DNA of 64,000 nt. Source: an uncultured Clostridia bacterium (GTDB lineage: Bacteria > Bacillota > Clostridia > Christensenellales > UBA1242). The translations under genes and the position numbers were made by a program. The stretch is taken from the NCBI GenBank assembly GCA_944381825.1, contig CALWMK010000002.1, forward strand, positions 34,660 through 98,659, given 5' to 3'. Every line of letters starts with the position of its first letter. The stretch's first letter is position 1. The notes under the pieces were generated by a model, which was given only the letters and a program-made list of their open reading frames with translations, ran no database searches and was not told where the DNA came from. Shown here in pieces: positions 1 to 9,951 of this stretch.

Positions 1-2275
1 TAGGGGCATAAAGCATATCACCCTTTCCAAGAAGCTTTTCAGCGCCACCTTGATCCAATATTGTTCTTGAATCTTGAAAACTCGTAACTGAAAAAGTTAT
101 TCTGGATGGAAAATTTGCTTTAATTGTTCCTGTTATAACATTGACAGATGGTCTTTGCGTTGCCAAAATCAAATGAATTCCACATGCCCTAGCCTTTTGT
201 GCCAGTCTCATAATTTTATCTTCTAGCCCCATTTCTTTTTTAGTCGTCATCATAAGGTCTGCAAGTTCGTCTACAATTATAACTATAAATGGCAATTTTT
301 CTGCTTCACACTTTCTAACAGCTTCAAGTTCGTTATATTCATCAAGATTTCTAACTCTATGTTCCATAAAAATTTCAAATCTTCTTTCCATTTCATTTAC
401 AGCCCAAGTAAATGCATTTATCGCTTTTTCAGCTTCCGTTATAACATTTGGCAATAGTAGATGTGGCAAAGAATTATAAAGCGAAAATTCAACTCTTTTT
501 GGGTCAACTAAAATCAACTTAACATCGTCAGGAGAAGATTTATAAATTAAACTTATAATTATGGCATTTAAACAAACCGACTTACCAGAGTTTGTAGCAC
601 CAGCAACTAACAAATGAGGCATTTTTTGCAAATTACAAACCTTAACTGCACCAGTAATATCTTTTCCCAAAGCAAAAGTGAGTGGAGATTTTGAGTTTAT
701 AAATTCAGGCGAATTTAAAATTTCTTTCATTGAAACCGTTGCAATTTTTTCATTAGGAACCTCGATTCCCACAGCACTTTTACCCGGAATAGGAGCCTCA
801 ATTCTAATATCGCCTTTCGCAGCTAAGGCAAGAGCAATATCATCACTATGTGCAATAATTTTTTTAACAGAAATGCCGGGTGGCATTTCAAGTTCGTAGC
901 GTGTTACACTTGGACCAACAACAACACCAATAACTTTGGCAGGAATTCCAAACATGTCTAATGCGTTTTCAAGTTGCATTCTTTTCCCAACAACATCTTC
1001 GTTTAATGTGCTCAAATCAACCGAAGATGTGGTTAAAAGTTCTAATGGAGGTTTTATATAAGTTGGTGGCTTAGAATAAATTTTTGCAGGCTTCTCTTCT
1101 GATGTTTTTGGTTTTATTCCTTCCATTTCAAGTTGAGAAAATCTTCTTCTTGAAAGTTGAGGAGCTATTGGTTCTGGATTGATTACTATTGGTTTTTTAT
1201 CATCTAAAATATTTTTTAATACCTCATCTGTAAAATCATCATTTTCAACTTCATGAATTGATTCTTCTTGTATCTCTTCTTTTAGTTCTTCTAATGGTTC
1301 AATATATGCTGGAGAAGGACGATTATTCCTAACAAAATCAGGTGTTTCATCATGAACTATAACAGCTGGTTTGCTTTGATTTGCGTTGCTCATATCAACA
1401 AAATTTTCTTCTTGCTTAAGCTTTGAAAAATTATTGTTTATTTCTTGATTTTTATTTTCCCTATTCCTTGTATAGCTATATGCCGACATATCAACTTTTG
1501 GAGGAGTTAAAATATATTCATAAACATTTTCTGGTTTTTTCTCAGGCTTTCTAGGCTTTAAGTTTCCTTCTATTAAACCAAGTTTAATTTTTGCTTGATT
1601 TTCCTCGTCTTTTATCTCTTGATTGTTTTCTTCTTCTATTTTTGCGTCTAAAGTAATTTTAACTTTTTCTTTTTGCAAATTATTTGATTGTGGTGGCAAA
1701 ATCTCTACTTTAACTGGTTTTTCCTCAACAACTTTTTTGGTTTTAATTGTAACTCCACTATAATTTTTAGCATTATTCTGCACAAAATATAAATAATCTA
1801 TTACAAGTGCTACAAAAACAATTAAACCTAAAGCCAAAATTATATAAGCACCAAGAAGATCTAAAACATAAATTAATGGAGCAGTTACTAATCCAATTAG
1901 AATTCCTCCTGCTGTTAATTTGTAGTTATAACACAAACCTAAATACTTAAAAAAATCTATCTCTGGCTTACCCAAAACAATTAATTGTATAATGCCTAAA
2001 AGACAAACTGTGGCTAAAGATAAGAACACTATATATCTTTTAGATAAAACATATTTTTTATTGTTGATAACAGCTATAGAAATAATAAAGGTGGTAATAA
2101 ATAGAGGATAGGCAAAAAGCCCTAAAATTCCTAACAAAAAACTTTTCATAAAAGGAATTAGATTTGTAAACAAGAAAAGAAATGCAAAAGAGGAAATTGC
2201 AAGGAGTGTAATACCCACAATCTTTCCTGTATTTGTATTATTTTTATTTTCATTTTGAAATTGATAAATAGCCAA
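1..2275 (-). CDS. ftsK: DNA translocase FtsK/SpoIIIE; 3' end runs off the left window edge
   Basis: Absent from the ORF track because it is open to nt 1. My minus-strand translation gives KMPHLLVAGATNSGKSVCLNAIIISLIYKSSPDDVKLILVDPKRVEF (Walker A, nt ~480-630) and LDQGGAEKLLGKGDMLY (nt ~1-55). The N-terminal third is hydrophobic (nt ~1800-2270). TTG start at 2275 with GAGGGG just upstream. Confidence 0.85.
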   Translation of the reverse strand, partial: MAIYQFQNENKNNTNTGKIVGITLLAISSFAFLFLFTNLIPFMKSFLLGILGLFAYPLFITTFIISIAVINNKKYVLSKRYIVFLSLATVCLLGIIQLIVLGKPEIDFFKYLGLCYNYKLTAGGILIGLVTAPLIYVLDLLGAYIILALGLIVFVALVIDYLYFVQNNAKNYSGVTIKTKKVVEEKPVKVEILPPQSNNLQKEKVKITLDAKIEEENNQEIKDEENQAKIKLGLIEGNLKPRKPEKKPENVYEYILTPPKVDMSAYSYTRNRENKNQEINNNFSKLKQEENFVDMSNANQSKPAVIVHDETPDFVRNNRPSPAYIEPLEELKEEIQEESIHEVENDDFTDEVLKNILDDKKPIVINPEPIAPQLSRRRFSQLEMEGIKPKTSEEKPAKIYSKPPTYIKPPLELLTTSSVDLSTLNEDVVGKRMQLENALDMFGIPAKVIGVVVGPSVTRYELEMPPGISVKKIIAHSDDIALALAAKGDIRIEAPIPGKSAVGIEVPNEKIATVSMKEILNSPEFINSKSPLTFALGKDITGAVKVCNLQKMPHLLVAGATNSGKSVCLNAIIISLIYKSSPDDVKLILVDPKRVEFSLYNSLPHLLLPNVITEAEKAINAFTWAVNEMERRFEIFMEHRVRNLDEYNELEAVRKCEAEKLPFIVIIVDELADLMMTTKKEMGLEDKIMRLAQKARACGIHLILATQRPSVNVITGTIKANFPSRITFSVTSFQDSRTILDQGGAEKLLGKGDMLYAP

Positions 2276-2466
2276 TTTGCCCCTCGATTTTTATGTTACT
2301 CAAAGTTTAAATGAAGTCTTGAAAAGCTTGTAAAATTGCCAAAATGCACCAGCAATTTTTCACAAACCTCATTTAATTATTAACATGTTATTCCTTTTCA
2401 AAACCAAAAGAAATAATAGTTTTTTAGCCAAAAATATACTAACACAAAAACCAAAAAAACACAACA

Positions 2467-3183
2467 TTAAACCGCTATATTTTCTGAAACATTTGTAATT
2501 TTAAAACCATTTTCTACATAAAATTTAATAATACTACTCAAAGCATCAACCGTCTTTTGAGTGGGATGCATTAAAATCAAATCTCCGCCCTTAGGATTTT
2601 TTATTGCACGAGCACAAATTAAATCACTATCTTTATCTCTCCAGTCTATTGTGTCTTTAGTCCACATAATAGTTTTGTAGCCTAAATTTTCACAAACTGC
2701 CAAGGTGTCATTGGAAAACGAACCACTAGGTGGAGCAAACAAATTCATTTCAACACCACAAATTTCTTTGACAAGTTCATGGGTTACAACAATTTCCTCT
2801 CTATTTCGTTCGTAAGAAATTTGTTTGTGGTCCTTATGGTAATATCCATGATTTCCAATTTCATGACCTTGTTCTACTATTTTTTTTAACATATCACCAT
2901 TTTTGCTTACCCAAAGTCCACCAACAAAAAAAGTAGTTTTAACATTATACTCCTTCATAATATCAAGCATAGGCTCAATAAACTCAGTTCCCCAATAAAC
3001 ATTAATCATAAGTGTGACATTTTTATTATTTAAATTTCCATTATAAAGAGGAGCCGTGTCTGTTTTGGAAAAAACATTCAACACGCCTCCCGCATATGAA
3101 ATTGCAAAAACTGCAACTAAAATTGTGCAAATTACAACATTTGCAATTATGTTTCTAAATTTTTTAACATCTATTTTTTTCAC
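2467..3183 (-). CDS. Polysaccharide deacetylase (NodB/CE4 family, PdaB-like)
   Basis: 238-aa ORF with an N-terminal TM helix followed by NodB-type motifs (TFFVGG, GHEIGNHGYYH, LMHP). Confidence 0.8.
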   Translation of the reverse strand: MKKIDVKKFRNIIANVVICTILVAVFAISYAGGVLNVFSKTDTAPLYNGNLNNKNVTLMINVYWGTEFIEPMLDIMKEYNVKTTFFVGGLWVSKNGDMLKKIVEQGHEIGNHGYYHKDHKQISYERNREEIVVTHELVKEICGVEMNLFAPPSGSFSNDTLAVCENLGYKTIMWTKDTIDWRDKDSDLICARAIKNPKGGDLILMHPTQKTVDALSSIIKFYVENGFKITNVSENIAV

Positions 3184-3217
3184 ATTATACTATATGTTTA
3201 AAAAATAGGTTTAATGA

Positions 3218-3748
3218 TTAATATTTACATTCAATAAGTCCAAATTTTTCATCTTGTCTTTTATAAAGCACATTGACCTTGCCTGTTTCTGCATTTAAAA
3301 AAACATAAAAATTATGATCTACATTTTCAATTTCATCTATAGCATCTAAAACTGTTATAGGGTCAAGTTCAAAACTTTTCTTTTTATAAATTTCCTTTGT
3401 GGTGATTTCTGGTTTTTCATCCAAAAAAAGATACGTAGAATCATCAAAAGCACTCTTTTTAAATTTATCTCTTTTTTTGCTACTTTGCTTTATAATTTGT
3501 TTTTCAATTTTTGGTAAAGCCATATCAATGTTTTCATACATATTTTCGCCAACCACTTCTGCGCGATATAAAAGACCTTCATTTGTTATTGTCAATTCAA
3601 GCTTATATGTTTTATTTTCAAGCTTGCAAACCACTCTAGCTTTTGCGTTCTCCCCAAAATATTTGTCTAATTTATTAATCTTTTTAGTGATAATGGTTGC
3701 AAGTCTTGCACCTATATCATAATTTTTTTCAATAAATTCTATTTTCAT
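3218..3748 (-). CDS. hpf: Ribosome hibernation promoting factor, long form (HPF/YvyD)
   Basis: The ORF track starts at 3775, but the ATG at 3748 (MKIEFIEKNYDIG...) is preceded by GGAGGAAAG. The length and the C-terminal dimerisation-type extension are typical of long HPF. Confidence 0.8.
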   Translation of the reverse strand: MKIEFIEKNYDIGARLATIITKKINKLDKYFGENAKARVVCKLENKTYKLELTITNEGLLYRAEVVGENMYENIDMALPKIEKQIIKQSSKKRDKFKKSAFDDSTYLFLDEKPEITTKEIYKKKSFELDPITVLDAIDEIENVDHNFYVFLNAETGKVNVLYKRQDEKFGLIECKY

Positions 3749-3799
3749 TTCTTTCCTCCAAATTAATTTTAGCAATTTAGATTTTTAAAAGCAAATAAA

Positions 3800-6214
3800 T
3801 TAAAGGGATTTAAATTCAAGTTGGTTATTTTTTAAATCAACAAAAATTTTTCCGCTTTTTTCCAGTTCATTCAAAAGTAGTTTTTCAGCTATAACATCCT
3901 CTATATTTTGCTGAATAAATCGTTTTAATGGTCTTGCTCCATAAACAATGTTAGATCCCTTTTCTATTATATAATCAATTGCCGATTCAGAAAGTTGAAT
4001 CTCAAGATTTTGTTTATTGAGTCTATTATTAACCGTTGAAAGCATAATCTCGCATATTTTTTTAAGATCATTTTTTGTAAGAGGATGAAATATGCAAATT
4101 ACATCAAGACGATTAATAAATTCTGGTCTAAATTTTCTTTTTAAGGCATCCATATAAATATCTTCAACATCTCTATTGTCTTGATTTTCATTAACAAAAC
4201 CTAAGCGTTTCTTTTCAACTTCACCTGCTCCGAGATTACTTGTTAAAATTATGATTGTATTGGTAAAATTAACAACTCTGCCCTGTCCATCAGTCAGTCT
4301 TCCATCATCTAAAATTTGAAGTAATGTATTAAAAATATCTGGATGAGCTTTTTCAATTTCGTCAAATAATATAACAGAATATGGTTTTCTTCGAACTTGT
4401 TCTGTGAGTTGTCCCCCTTCATCATAACCAACATAACCTGGAGGAGCTCCGATTAGCTTTGATACAGAATGGGATTCCATATATTCACTCATATCAATTC
4501 TTATAATATTATTTTCATTATCAAAAAGTGCTTCTGCAAGAGCTTTGCAAAGTTCGGTTTTTCCCACACCAGTTTGACCCATAAACAAAAATGAGCCAAT
4601 TGGTCTTTTACTATCTTGAAGGCCAACTCTAGAACGTCTTATTGCTTTAGAAACAGCTGAAATTGCCTCATCTTGACCAATTACACGTTTGTGCAAAATT
4701 TCTTCCAAATGAATTAATTTTTCCTTTTCTGTTTCAGTTATTTTGCTTACTGGTATGCCGGTCCACTTAGAAACAACCGCCGCAATTTCATTGGCCGTGA
4801 TTGTTTTGCTATTTGGAGTCTTTTTTATTAACTTTTCAGAAAGTTCGTTAATTTCGTTTTCTAAATTAATTATTTTAGTCTGATATTCTGCTGCCTTTTC
4901 ATAATTCCTTTGGTTCGAAGCTTCATCTCTATTTGCTTGAAGCTGTTTTAAAGTTTCTTCTTTTTCTCTAATTGCACTTGGTTTTAAATTAAAATTTACT
5001 TTTGCCTTGCTGCTTGCTTCATCAATTAAATCAATAGCCTTATCTGGCAAGCTTCTATCAGTAATATATCTATCAGAAAGTTGAGCCGCCGCCTCTATTG
5101 CACTATCAGAAATAACTACTTTATGAAAAGCCTCATATGAATCTCTAACACCTTTTAAAATTTCAATGGTTTGTTCAACAGATGGTGGATTGATTAAGAT
5201 TGGTTGAAATCTTCTTTCTAAAGCCTTATCTTTTTCAATATATTTTCTATATTCATCAGTTGTAGTTGCTCCAATAGTTTGCATTTCACCTCTAGCCAAG
5301 TATGGCTTAAGCATATCTGCTGGTGAGGTTTCTCCCTTTTCGCTTCCAGCTTGAGCCAAAGTGTGAATTTCATCAATAAAAACAATGATATCTTTTCTCT
5401 CTATAATTGTTTCTATTGCATCTTTAAGCTTTTCCTCCATAGCGCCTCTATATTTTGTGCCCGCCATAAGTCCGCCAATTTCTAAAGAATAAATGATTTT
5501 ATCTTTTAACAATTCAGGAACATCCCCATTTGCTATTGCAAGAGCCAATCCTTCAACAACAGCAGTTTTTCCCACTCCCGCTTCACCAATCAAAACTGGA
5601 TTATTTTTTGTTTTACGGCATAATATTTCTATAATTCTTTGAATTTCTTCCTCTCTCCCAATAACGGGATCAATTTTATGTTCTCTTGCCTTTTTAGTTA
5701 TGTCACATCCCATTTGAGCAAGTTTTTCTGGAAGTTCTTTTGAATTTTCAGCATTTGAATTTGCTTGAGTTTCACTAGAGTTTTGAAGTAGATTTAAAAG
5801 CCTACTTTTAAGATCATTTAAATTTATTCTAAAATAAGATACTAATAATCTTACAGCAAAACTACCTGTCGACGAAATTAATGCCAAAAGAATATGCTCG
5901 GTTCCAACATAGTTGTGCTTAAGTTCTAAAGCAACTTTTTGTGCCAACTTAAAAATCTCTTTCACCCTTGGTGAAAGTTCAACTCCGCCAATCAAATTCA
6001 ATTCATCAGCATTTTCTTCAAAGATTTCAAGCAAGTTCTTTTTGGTGACACCAAATTCCGATAGAACTTTAGATGCCACAGCATCTTTATTGGCAACAAG
6101 ACCATATAAAATATGTTCAGTTCCAACTTGATTGCACCCATACCTTAGTGCAATTTCGGTTGCAGAGTTTAAAACCTCTTCAACACTATCCGCAAATTGT
6201 CCATTATAATTCAT
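3800..6214 (-). CDS. clpC: ATP-dependent Clp protease ATP-binding subunit ClpC
   Basis: 804 aa with N-terminal Clp-R repeats and two AAA+ modules (GEAGVGKT and GQTGVGKT Walker A). Last gene of the ctsR-mcsA-mcsB-clpC order. Confidence 0.95.
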   Translation of the reverse strand: MNYNGQFADSVEEVLNSATEIALRYGCNQVGTEHILYGLVANKDAVASKVLSEFGVTKKNLLEIFEENADELNLIGGVELSPRVKEIFKLAQKVALELKHNYVGTEHILLALISSTGSFAVRLLVSYFRINLNDLKSRLLNLLQNSSETQANSNAENSKELPEKLAQMGCDITKKAREHKIDPVIGREEEIQRIIEILCRKTKNNPVLIGEAGVGKTAVVEGLALAIANGDVPELLKDKIIYSLEIGGLMAGTKYRGAMEEKLKDAIETIIERKDIIVFIDEIHTLAQAGSEKGETSPADMLKPYLARGEMQTIGATTTDEYRKYIEKDKALERRFQPILINPPSVEQTIEILKGVRDSYEAFHKVVISDSAIEAAAQLSDRYITDRSLPDKAIDLIDEASSKAKVNFNLKPSAIREKEETLKQLQANRDEASNQRNYEKAAEYQTKIINLENEINELSEKLIKKTPNSKTITANEIAAVVSKWTGIPVSKITETEKEKLIHLEEILHKRVIGQDEAISAVSKAIRRSRVGLQDSKRPIGSFLFMGQTGVGKTELCKALAEALFDNENNIIRIDMSEYMESHSVSKLIGAPPGYVGYDEGGQLTEQVRRKPYSVILFDEIEKAHPDIFNTLLQILDDGRLTDGQGRVVNFTNTIIILTSNLGAGEVEKKRLGFVNENQDNRDVEDIYMDALKRKFRPEFINRLDVICIFHPLTKNDLKKICEIMLSTVNNRLNKQNLEIQLSESAIDYIIEKGSNIVYGARPLKRFIQQNIEDVIAEKLLLNELEKSGKIFVDLKNNQLEFKSL

Positions 6215-7211
6215 AACTTACCTCCTTTAATTTTTCTCTAATTAATTTTGCTCTAAAAAGGTCCCTTTGTTTTGCATTTAAATTATTTCCATAATTTTCT
6301 AATAGATGAGCTGGCTGAGAATAAACTATGAGTCTGTCTATCAATCTACTATCATCATTTTTTATTATTCCTAAAGCCATACCAAGTTTTATGTCTGATA
6401 GATGTTTAACCGCTTCGTCGGAAGAAATAATGTAGCAATTTTGTAAAATTCCCAATGCCCTTATGGATAAGTCTCTCATTTCGTCGCCCATATTTTCTAA
6501 AAGTTCTTTTCTAAATTCTTCTTCCATTTCACAAACTTTCGTCGTCACATTTTCTACATTATGCACAATGTGTTGCTCCGATATTCCTAAACAAGACTCA
6601 TTTGAAATTTGATAGAGATATCCAATCGCCTTACTTCCTTCACCATATGCGCCCCTAACTGTAAGTCCAATCTTTTCAATTGAAGAAATTAGCGAATCTA
6701 TTCTTCCAGTCATGGTAAGCGCTGGCAAAAATAACATGATAGATGCTCGCATTCCAGTTCCCAGATTAGATGGCGATGCAGTTAAAAAGCCTAAATTATT
6801 GTCATATGCAATTTTAAAATTTTCCAAAATTAAATCATCTAAAACACTAATTTTTTCAAAAGCCTTTTGTAAATTAAATCCATTAATTACACATTGTTGC
6901 CTTATATGATCTTCTTCGTTTATCATAACAGATAAATCGTCTTTATAGTTTATTGCCAAAGCAGCTATGTCTTTATTGTCCAAAAGTTCTTTACTAATCA
7001 AATGCTCTTCCAAAAAAACCAAACTCTTAATATTGTCAAGATTTTTCATTTTATAAAATTCAAAATCACCATATTCTTCTAATAATGCATAAATACCCTT
7101 TGTCACAGAAAGCGCATCGTCATAATCAACTAGCTTAGAAGGAAAATTTATGTTTGCAATATTTCTTGCGAGGCGAACTCTTGAAGATAAAACTATGTTA
7201 TCAAACATCAT
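6204..7211 (-). CDS. mcsB: Protein arginine kinase McsB
   Basis: 335 aa with a guanidino-kinase type motif (NLGTGMRAS). Overlaps mcsA and clpC by a few codons in the canonical operon position. Confidence 0.9.
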   Translation of the reverse strand: MMFDNIVLSSRVRLARNIANINFPSKLVDYDDALSVTKGIYALLEEYGDFEFYKMKNLDNIKSLVFLEEHLISKELLDNKDIAALAINYKDDLSVMINEEDHIRQQCVINGFNLQKAFEKISVLDDLILENFKIAYDNNLGFLTASPSNLGTGMRASIMLFLPALTMTGRIDSLISSIEKIGLTVRGAYGEGSKAIGYLYQISNESCLGISEQHIVHNVENVTTKVCEMEEEFRKELLENMGDEMRDLSIRALGILQNCYIISSDEAVKHLSDIKLGMALGIIKNDDSRLIDRLIVYSQPAHLLENYGNNLNAKQRDLFRAKLIREKLKEVSYEL

Positions 7212-7617
7212 TTAGTTCTCCTTTTAAAGACTTCAATTCATCATTAAGTTTAATCGCCAAGTCATAAAATTTATTTTTCATTGCATCGTCAATTTGTTTT
7301 TCCAATCTTTCTATTTTTGAAAGTGGTCTTTTCCCAGCATGTCTTGAACCAGTGTGAATTTTAGATATAATCGGCTCAAGTTCGCTTTGAAAAGTTTTAT
7401 AACATTTCTCACACCCCAATATCCCACTTTCACTAATTTCTAAAAAAGTTGTACCACAAATACATTTTTTTTCGCCATCAGCTGATGAAAGATAAACTTT
7501 TAATTCTTGTAAAGAATCTATGTTAGAATTACATTCATCACAAATATAAATTTCATTAGCAGTATCAAGCTTCTTAAAGATAGTGGCTGTTTTTTTACCA
7601 CATTTCTCACATAACAT
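7201..7617 (-). CDS. mcsA: McsA (activator of McsB; zinc-finger/UVR-domain protein)
   Basis: 138 aa with repeated CxxC pairs (CEKCGKK, CDEC, CEKC) and a C-terminal UVR-like helix. Lies between ctsR and mcsB. Confidence 0.85.
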   Translation of the reverse strand: MLCEKCGKKTATIFKKLDTANEIYICDECNSNIDSLQELKVYLSSADGEKKCICGTTFLEISESGILGCEKCYKTFQSELEPIISKIHTGSRHAGKRPLSKIERLEKQIDDAMKNKFYDLAIKLNDELKSLKGELNDV

Positions 7618-8080
7618 CGTCTTCTCCTTTAACTGAAAGAGTCAAAATCAAATTCTTAAGAATCTGCGCCCTTAATTTATTTTGCAATTTAAAGGGATTT
7701 GAAAGAGCCTTAGATGATATACAACTTTCAATTATAACGGCTTCATTTTTGCTAAGCACCTTTAAATTGATAAGATTTTCAAGCAGTAATTTTGAACTAT
7801 TAAAATCAATTTCATCACCGATGGCATTATCAATTAAAAGCAACAACTCATCTGAAACAGACATGTCAATTCGACTTAACTTTACAAACCCCCCACCACC
7901 CCTTTGACTTTCTATATAAAAACCTCTCAGGGGTGAAAAACGAGTTGAAAGAACATAATTGATTTGACTTGGAGCACAATTAAAAAAGTGTGCAAGTTCG
8001 TTTCTAGACAAAAGAAGAAGATTGTCATCCCCCATTGATTCAAGTATAAAATTTTCTATTTCATCGCTTATTTTTGACAT
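7607..8080 (-). CDS. ctsR: Class III stress-gene repressor CtsR
   Basis: 157 aa with the N-terminus MSKISDEIENFILE. First gene of the operon and directly preceded by a CtsR operator. Confidence 0.9.
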   Translation of the reverse strand: MSKISDEIENFILESMGDDNLLLLSRNELAHFFNCAPSQINYVLSTRFSPLRGFYIESQRGGGGFVKLSRIDMSVSDELLLLIDNAIGDEIDFNSSKLLLENLINLKVLSKNEAVIIESCISSKALSNPFKLQNKLRAQILKNLILTLSVKGEDDVM

Positions 8081-8082
8081 TT

Positions 8083-8099
8083 TTTGACTTTCTTTGACC
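8083..8099 (-). promoter_or_regulatory. CtsR operator (tandem heptad GGTCAAAgaaAGTCAAA)
   Basis: The minus strand reads GGTCAAAGAAAGTCAAA, an exact fit to the (A/G)GTCAAANAN(A/G)GTCAAA consensus. It lies between the -10 element and the ctsR ATG. Confidence 0.9.
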
Positions 8100-8110
8100 T
8101 TTATAAGTAT

Positions 8111-8139
8111 ATGATATCACTTGAAATATATTTTGTCAA
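8111..8139 (-). promoter_or_regulatory. SigA-type promoter of the ctsR operon
   Basis: Minus strand: TTGACA (8139-8134), 17-nt spacer, TATCAT (8116-8111). Confidence 0.7.
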
Positions 8140-8248
8140 TCATAATTAAAAAAAATAAAAAAAATCAAACAAAGTTCACATATGTGAATTTATATTTATA
8201 TTTTCAAAATTTTAACAAACAATTGTATATTGATTTTAAAAATTAATA

Positions 8249-8277
8249 TTGACATTTAAATAAAATTAAAATATACT
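8249..8277 (+). promoter_or_regulatory. SigA-type promoter for the 69-aa ORF
   Basis: TTGACA (8249-8254), 17-nt spacer, TATACT (8272-8277). Confidence 0.7.
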
Positions 8278-8320
8278 TAACATAACTATAATTTATTTTA
8301 CAAATGAAATAGGAGACTTT

Positions 8321-8530
8321 ATGGTTTTAAAAACAATTGCTTTTAAAAGCCCAAAATTTGACAAGAATACTGCTATTTTGCAAGAAATATATGATATTGA
8401 CGAATTTAATTATTGCAAGATATATAGAGATGATTATGGCAACAAACTTGAAATTCATTGCGAACTAATTTTGGAAAAAATTGAAGCACAATTAAAATCT
8501 GAAAAAAAAGAGCAAGAGTTTTTAAAATAA
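8321..8530 (+). CDS. Small hypothetical protein (69 aa)
   Basis: Near-consensus promoter, an AGGAGA RBS 4-5 nt before the ATG, and a terminator hairpin downstream. I recognise no family. Confidence 0.55.
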   Translation: MVLKTIAFKSPKFDKNTAILQEIYDIDEFNYCKIYRDDYGNKLEIHCELILEKIEAQLKSEKKEQEFLK

Positions 8531-8568
8531 AATTTTAATTAAAAGTACTTTTCGATTTATAATTAAAA

Positions 8569-8595
8569 AGCACAAAAATAATTGTGCTATTTTAT
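8569..8595. terminator. Bidirectional intrinsic terminator
   Basis: AGCACAA-aaataa-TTGTGCT hairpin flanked by an A-run and a T-run. It sits between convergent genes (the 69-aa ORF and the DivIVA-domain gene). Confidence 0.65.
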
Positions 8596-8639
8596 AATTT
8601 TATAAAATATTTTAATTCAAAGGATTTTTATTTAGATTA

Positions 8640-9458
8640 CTAATTCACATCATTATAAAAATCAAAAGAACGCATAATTTCTGAAAGATCATCTTTAGGG
8701 TTAACTGCTTCTTTTAAATCAAATCCACTTTCATTTGGATAAGGGAACTCATCTTCTGCTTCTTTTTTAGATAAAAAATTGGTATATTGCAAGTCATCTT
8801 CAATATCTGAAGTTAAAAATTTGTCTGCAAGAGTTTCATAATCGTCATCTTTTTGCAATTTCAAATTTGTTATTGGTTTAATCATAGAGGCCTTTTCTTC
8901 AATTCTTCCAAGTTCTGTTTGTCCTGTGTGTAAATCTTTTGAAACCAAATTGCGTTCCAACTTTTTTGTTTTAGTGGGCATTTTAGTCTGACTTTGATTA
9001 GACATTTTTGCTAAAAGCGCACGCATTGGATCATTCTTATAATTTGAATTAGAAGAAAGTTCAACATCTTGTTTTATAACATTTTCAATCGATTTTTTAA
9101 AATCTTCAAGCATATGTTTTATGTTATGAGAATCTTCCAAATTTGGATATTTGTTGACCATCTCATTCAAAAGAAGTTCCCACCTATCATATAAAAGTGA
9201 AATTTGTTGTATTTTAAGCTTGTACACATTTTTTGAACTGTTTTCTATTTGTTTCGCCTTTTCAATCGCCGCCGTTAAAGCAATTGTAATATTTTCACCA
9301 TTTCTATTTATTTCGTCCTGTTGACTTTTAAGTTTAAAATACTCATTTTCTGCTTTTAAACATCTAGTTTTCCATTGTGATAATTCCTTATTCAAGTTGT
9401 TTACATACTCATCAACTTCAATTTTTTTATAACCATTTTTTTCATTTTGAAACTGCAC
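8640..9458 (-). CDS. DivIVA-domain protein
   Basis: 272 aa. The N-terminus FQNEKNGYKKIEVDEYVNNL fits the DivIVA F..x..GY..xEVDxFL motif and is followed by coiled-coil sequence. Confidence 0.6.
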   Translation of the reverse strand: MQFQNEKNGYKKIEVDEYVNNLNKELSQWKTRCLKAENEYFKLKSQQDEINRNGENITIALTAAIEKAKQIENSSKNVYKLKIQQISLLYDRWELLLNEMVNKYPNLEDSHNIKHMLEDFKKSIENVIKQDVELSSNSNYKNDPMRALLAKMSNQSQTKMPTKTKKLERNLVSKDLHTGQTELGRIEEKASMIKPITNLKLQKDDDYETLADKFLTSDIEDDLQYTNFLSKKEAEDEFPYPNESGFDLKEAVNPKDDLSEIMRSFDFYNDVN

Positions 9459-9951
9459 TTTTACGCTCCTTTGCTTTTATGATTGAAACCATTATAAGGC
9501 TCAAAATAAATGCAATAAATCCTCCTTGCACAATCCAAAAAATTGCCAGAGAAAAATTATTTTTTATCAATATTAATATTATCACCTCTAAAAGCGACAA
9601 TGCAAATAAATTAAAGTGAATATTTTGACGAAAAATAAAAAAAACTACCAAACATGCACAAGAGAAAGCTAAAAAATAGTAGGAAATGAGATTTTCAAAT
9701 AAAACAAAAGAGTGTACTATACCAATAAATGACATAAAATAAAGCGAAACTCCTAAAAACATTGAAGAATCCAAATTAAAAAAAACACTTTTTGTAATAA
9801 GAATTGCACCTAAAAAATTTAATGCAATAGAAAACCAAGCCTTATGCAAATTAAAAGGTTTAATTAATCCCCAAATTATAAATATAATATAAGCTATTAT
9901 TAAAATTGTACAAATTATTCTAAGGGCAATTGTTCTTTTGATTTTTTCCAT
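9442..9951 (-). CDS. Hypothetical polytopic membrane protein
   Basis: 169 aa, almost entirely hydrophobic helices. Overlaps lgt upstream and the DivIVA-domain gene downstream, suggesting translational coupling. Confidence 0.65.
   Translation of the reverse strand: MEKIKRTIALRIICTILIIAYIIFIIWGLIKPFNLHKAWFSIALNFLGAILITKSVFFNLDSSMFLGVSLYFMSFIGIVHSFVLFENLISYYFLAFSCACLVVFFIFRQNIHFNLFALSLLEVIILILIKNNFSLAIFWIVQGGFIAFILSLIMVSIIKAKERKSAVSK

Noticed and set aside
678-899. Track ORFs antisense to or nested in strong genes. Examples: 678-899, 3399-3722, 5913-6131, 6712-6909, 10028-10495, 11031-11656, 12449-12694, 14151-14565, 17537-17818, 18126-18320, 20892-21116, 21903-22229, 23051-24063, 25731-26122, 26844-27026, 27639-27836, 28307-28534, 30098-30298, 34319-34513, 34771-34953, 36799-36981, 39051-39434, 40059-40241, 41482-41769, 43396-43599, 44514-44753, 49916-50761, 53023-53217, 55530-55721, 56210-56431, 56670-57669, 57830-58084, 59355-59537, 59876-60064, 60640-61250, 62815-63721.
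   Set aside because: Each overlaps a longer ORF with clear family identity or better coding character. They have no RBS and low-complexity AT-driven sequences. These are shadow ORFs.
8175-8188. Assigning the TTCACATATGTGAA palindrome to parS, LexA (Cheo box) or Rex.
   Set aside because: parS (TGTTTCACGTGAAACA) has no 4-nt centre. The Cheo box is GAAC-N4-GTTC. Rex half-sites are in the opposite order. None fits, so it is reported only as an unassigned palindrome.
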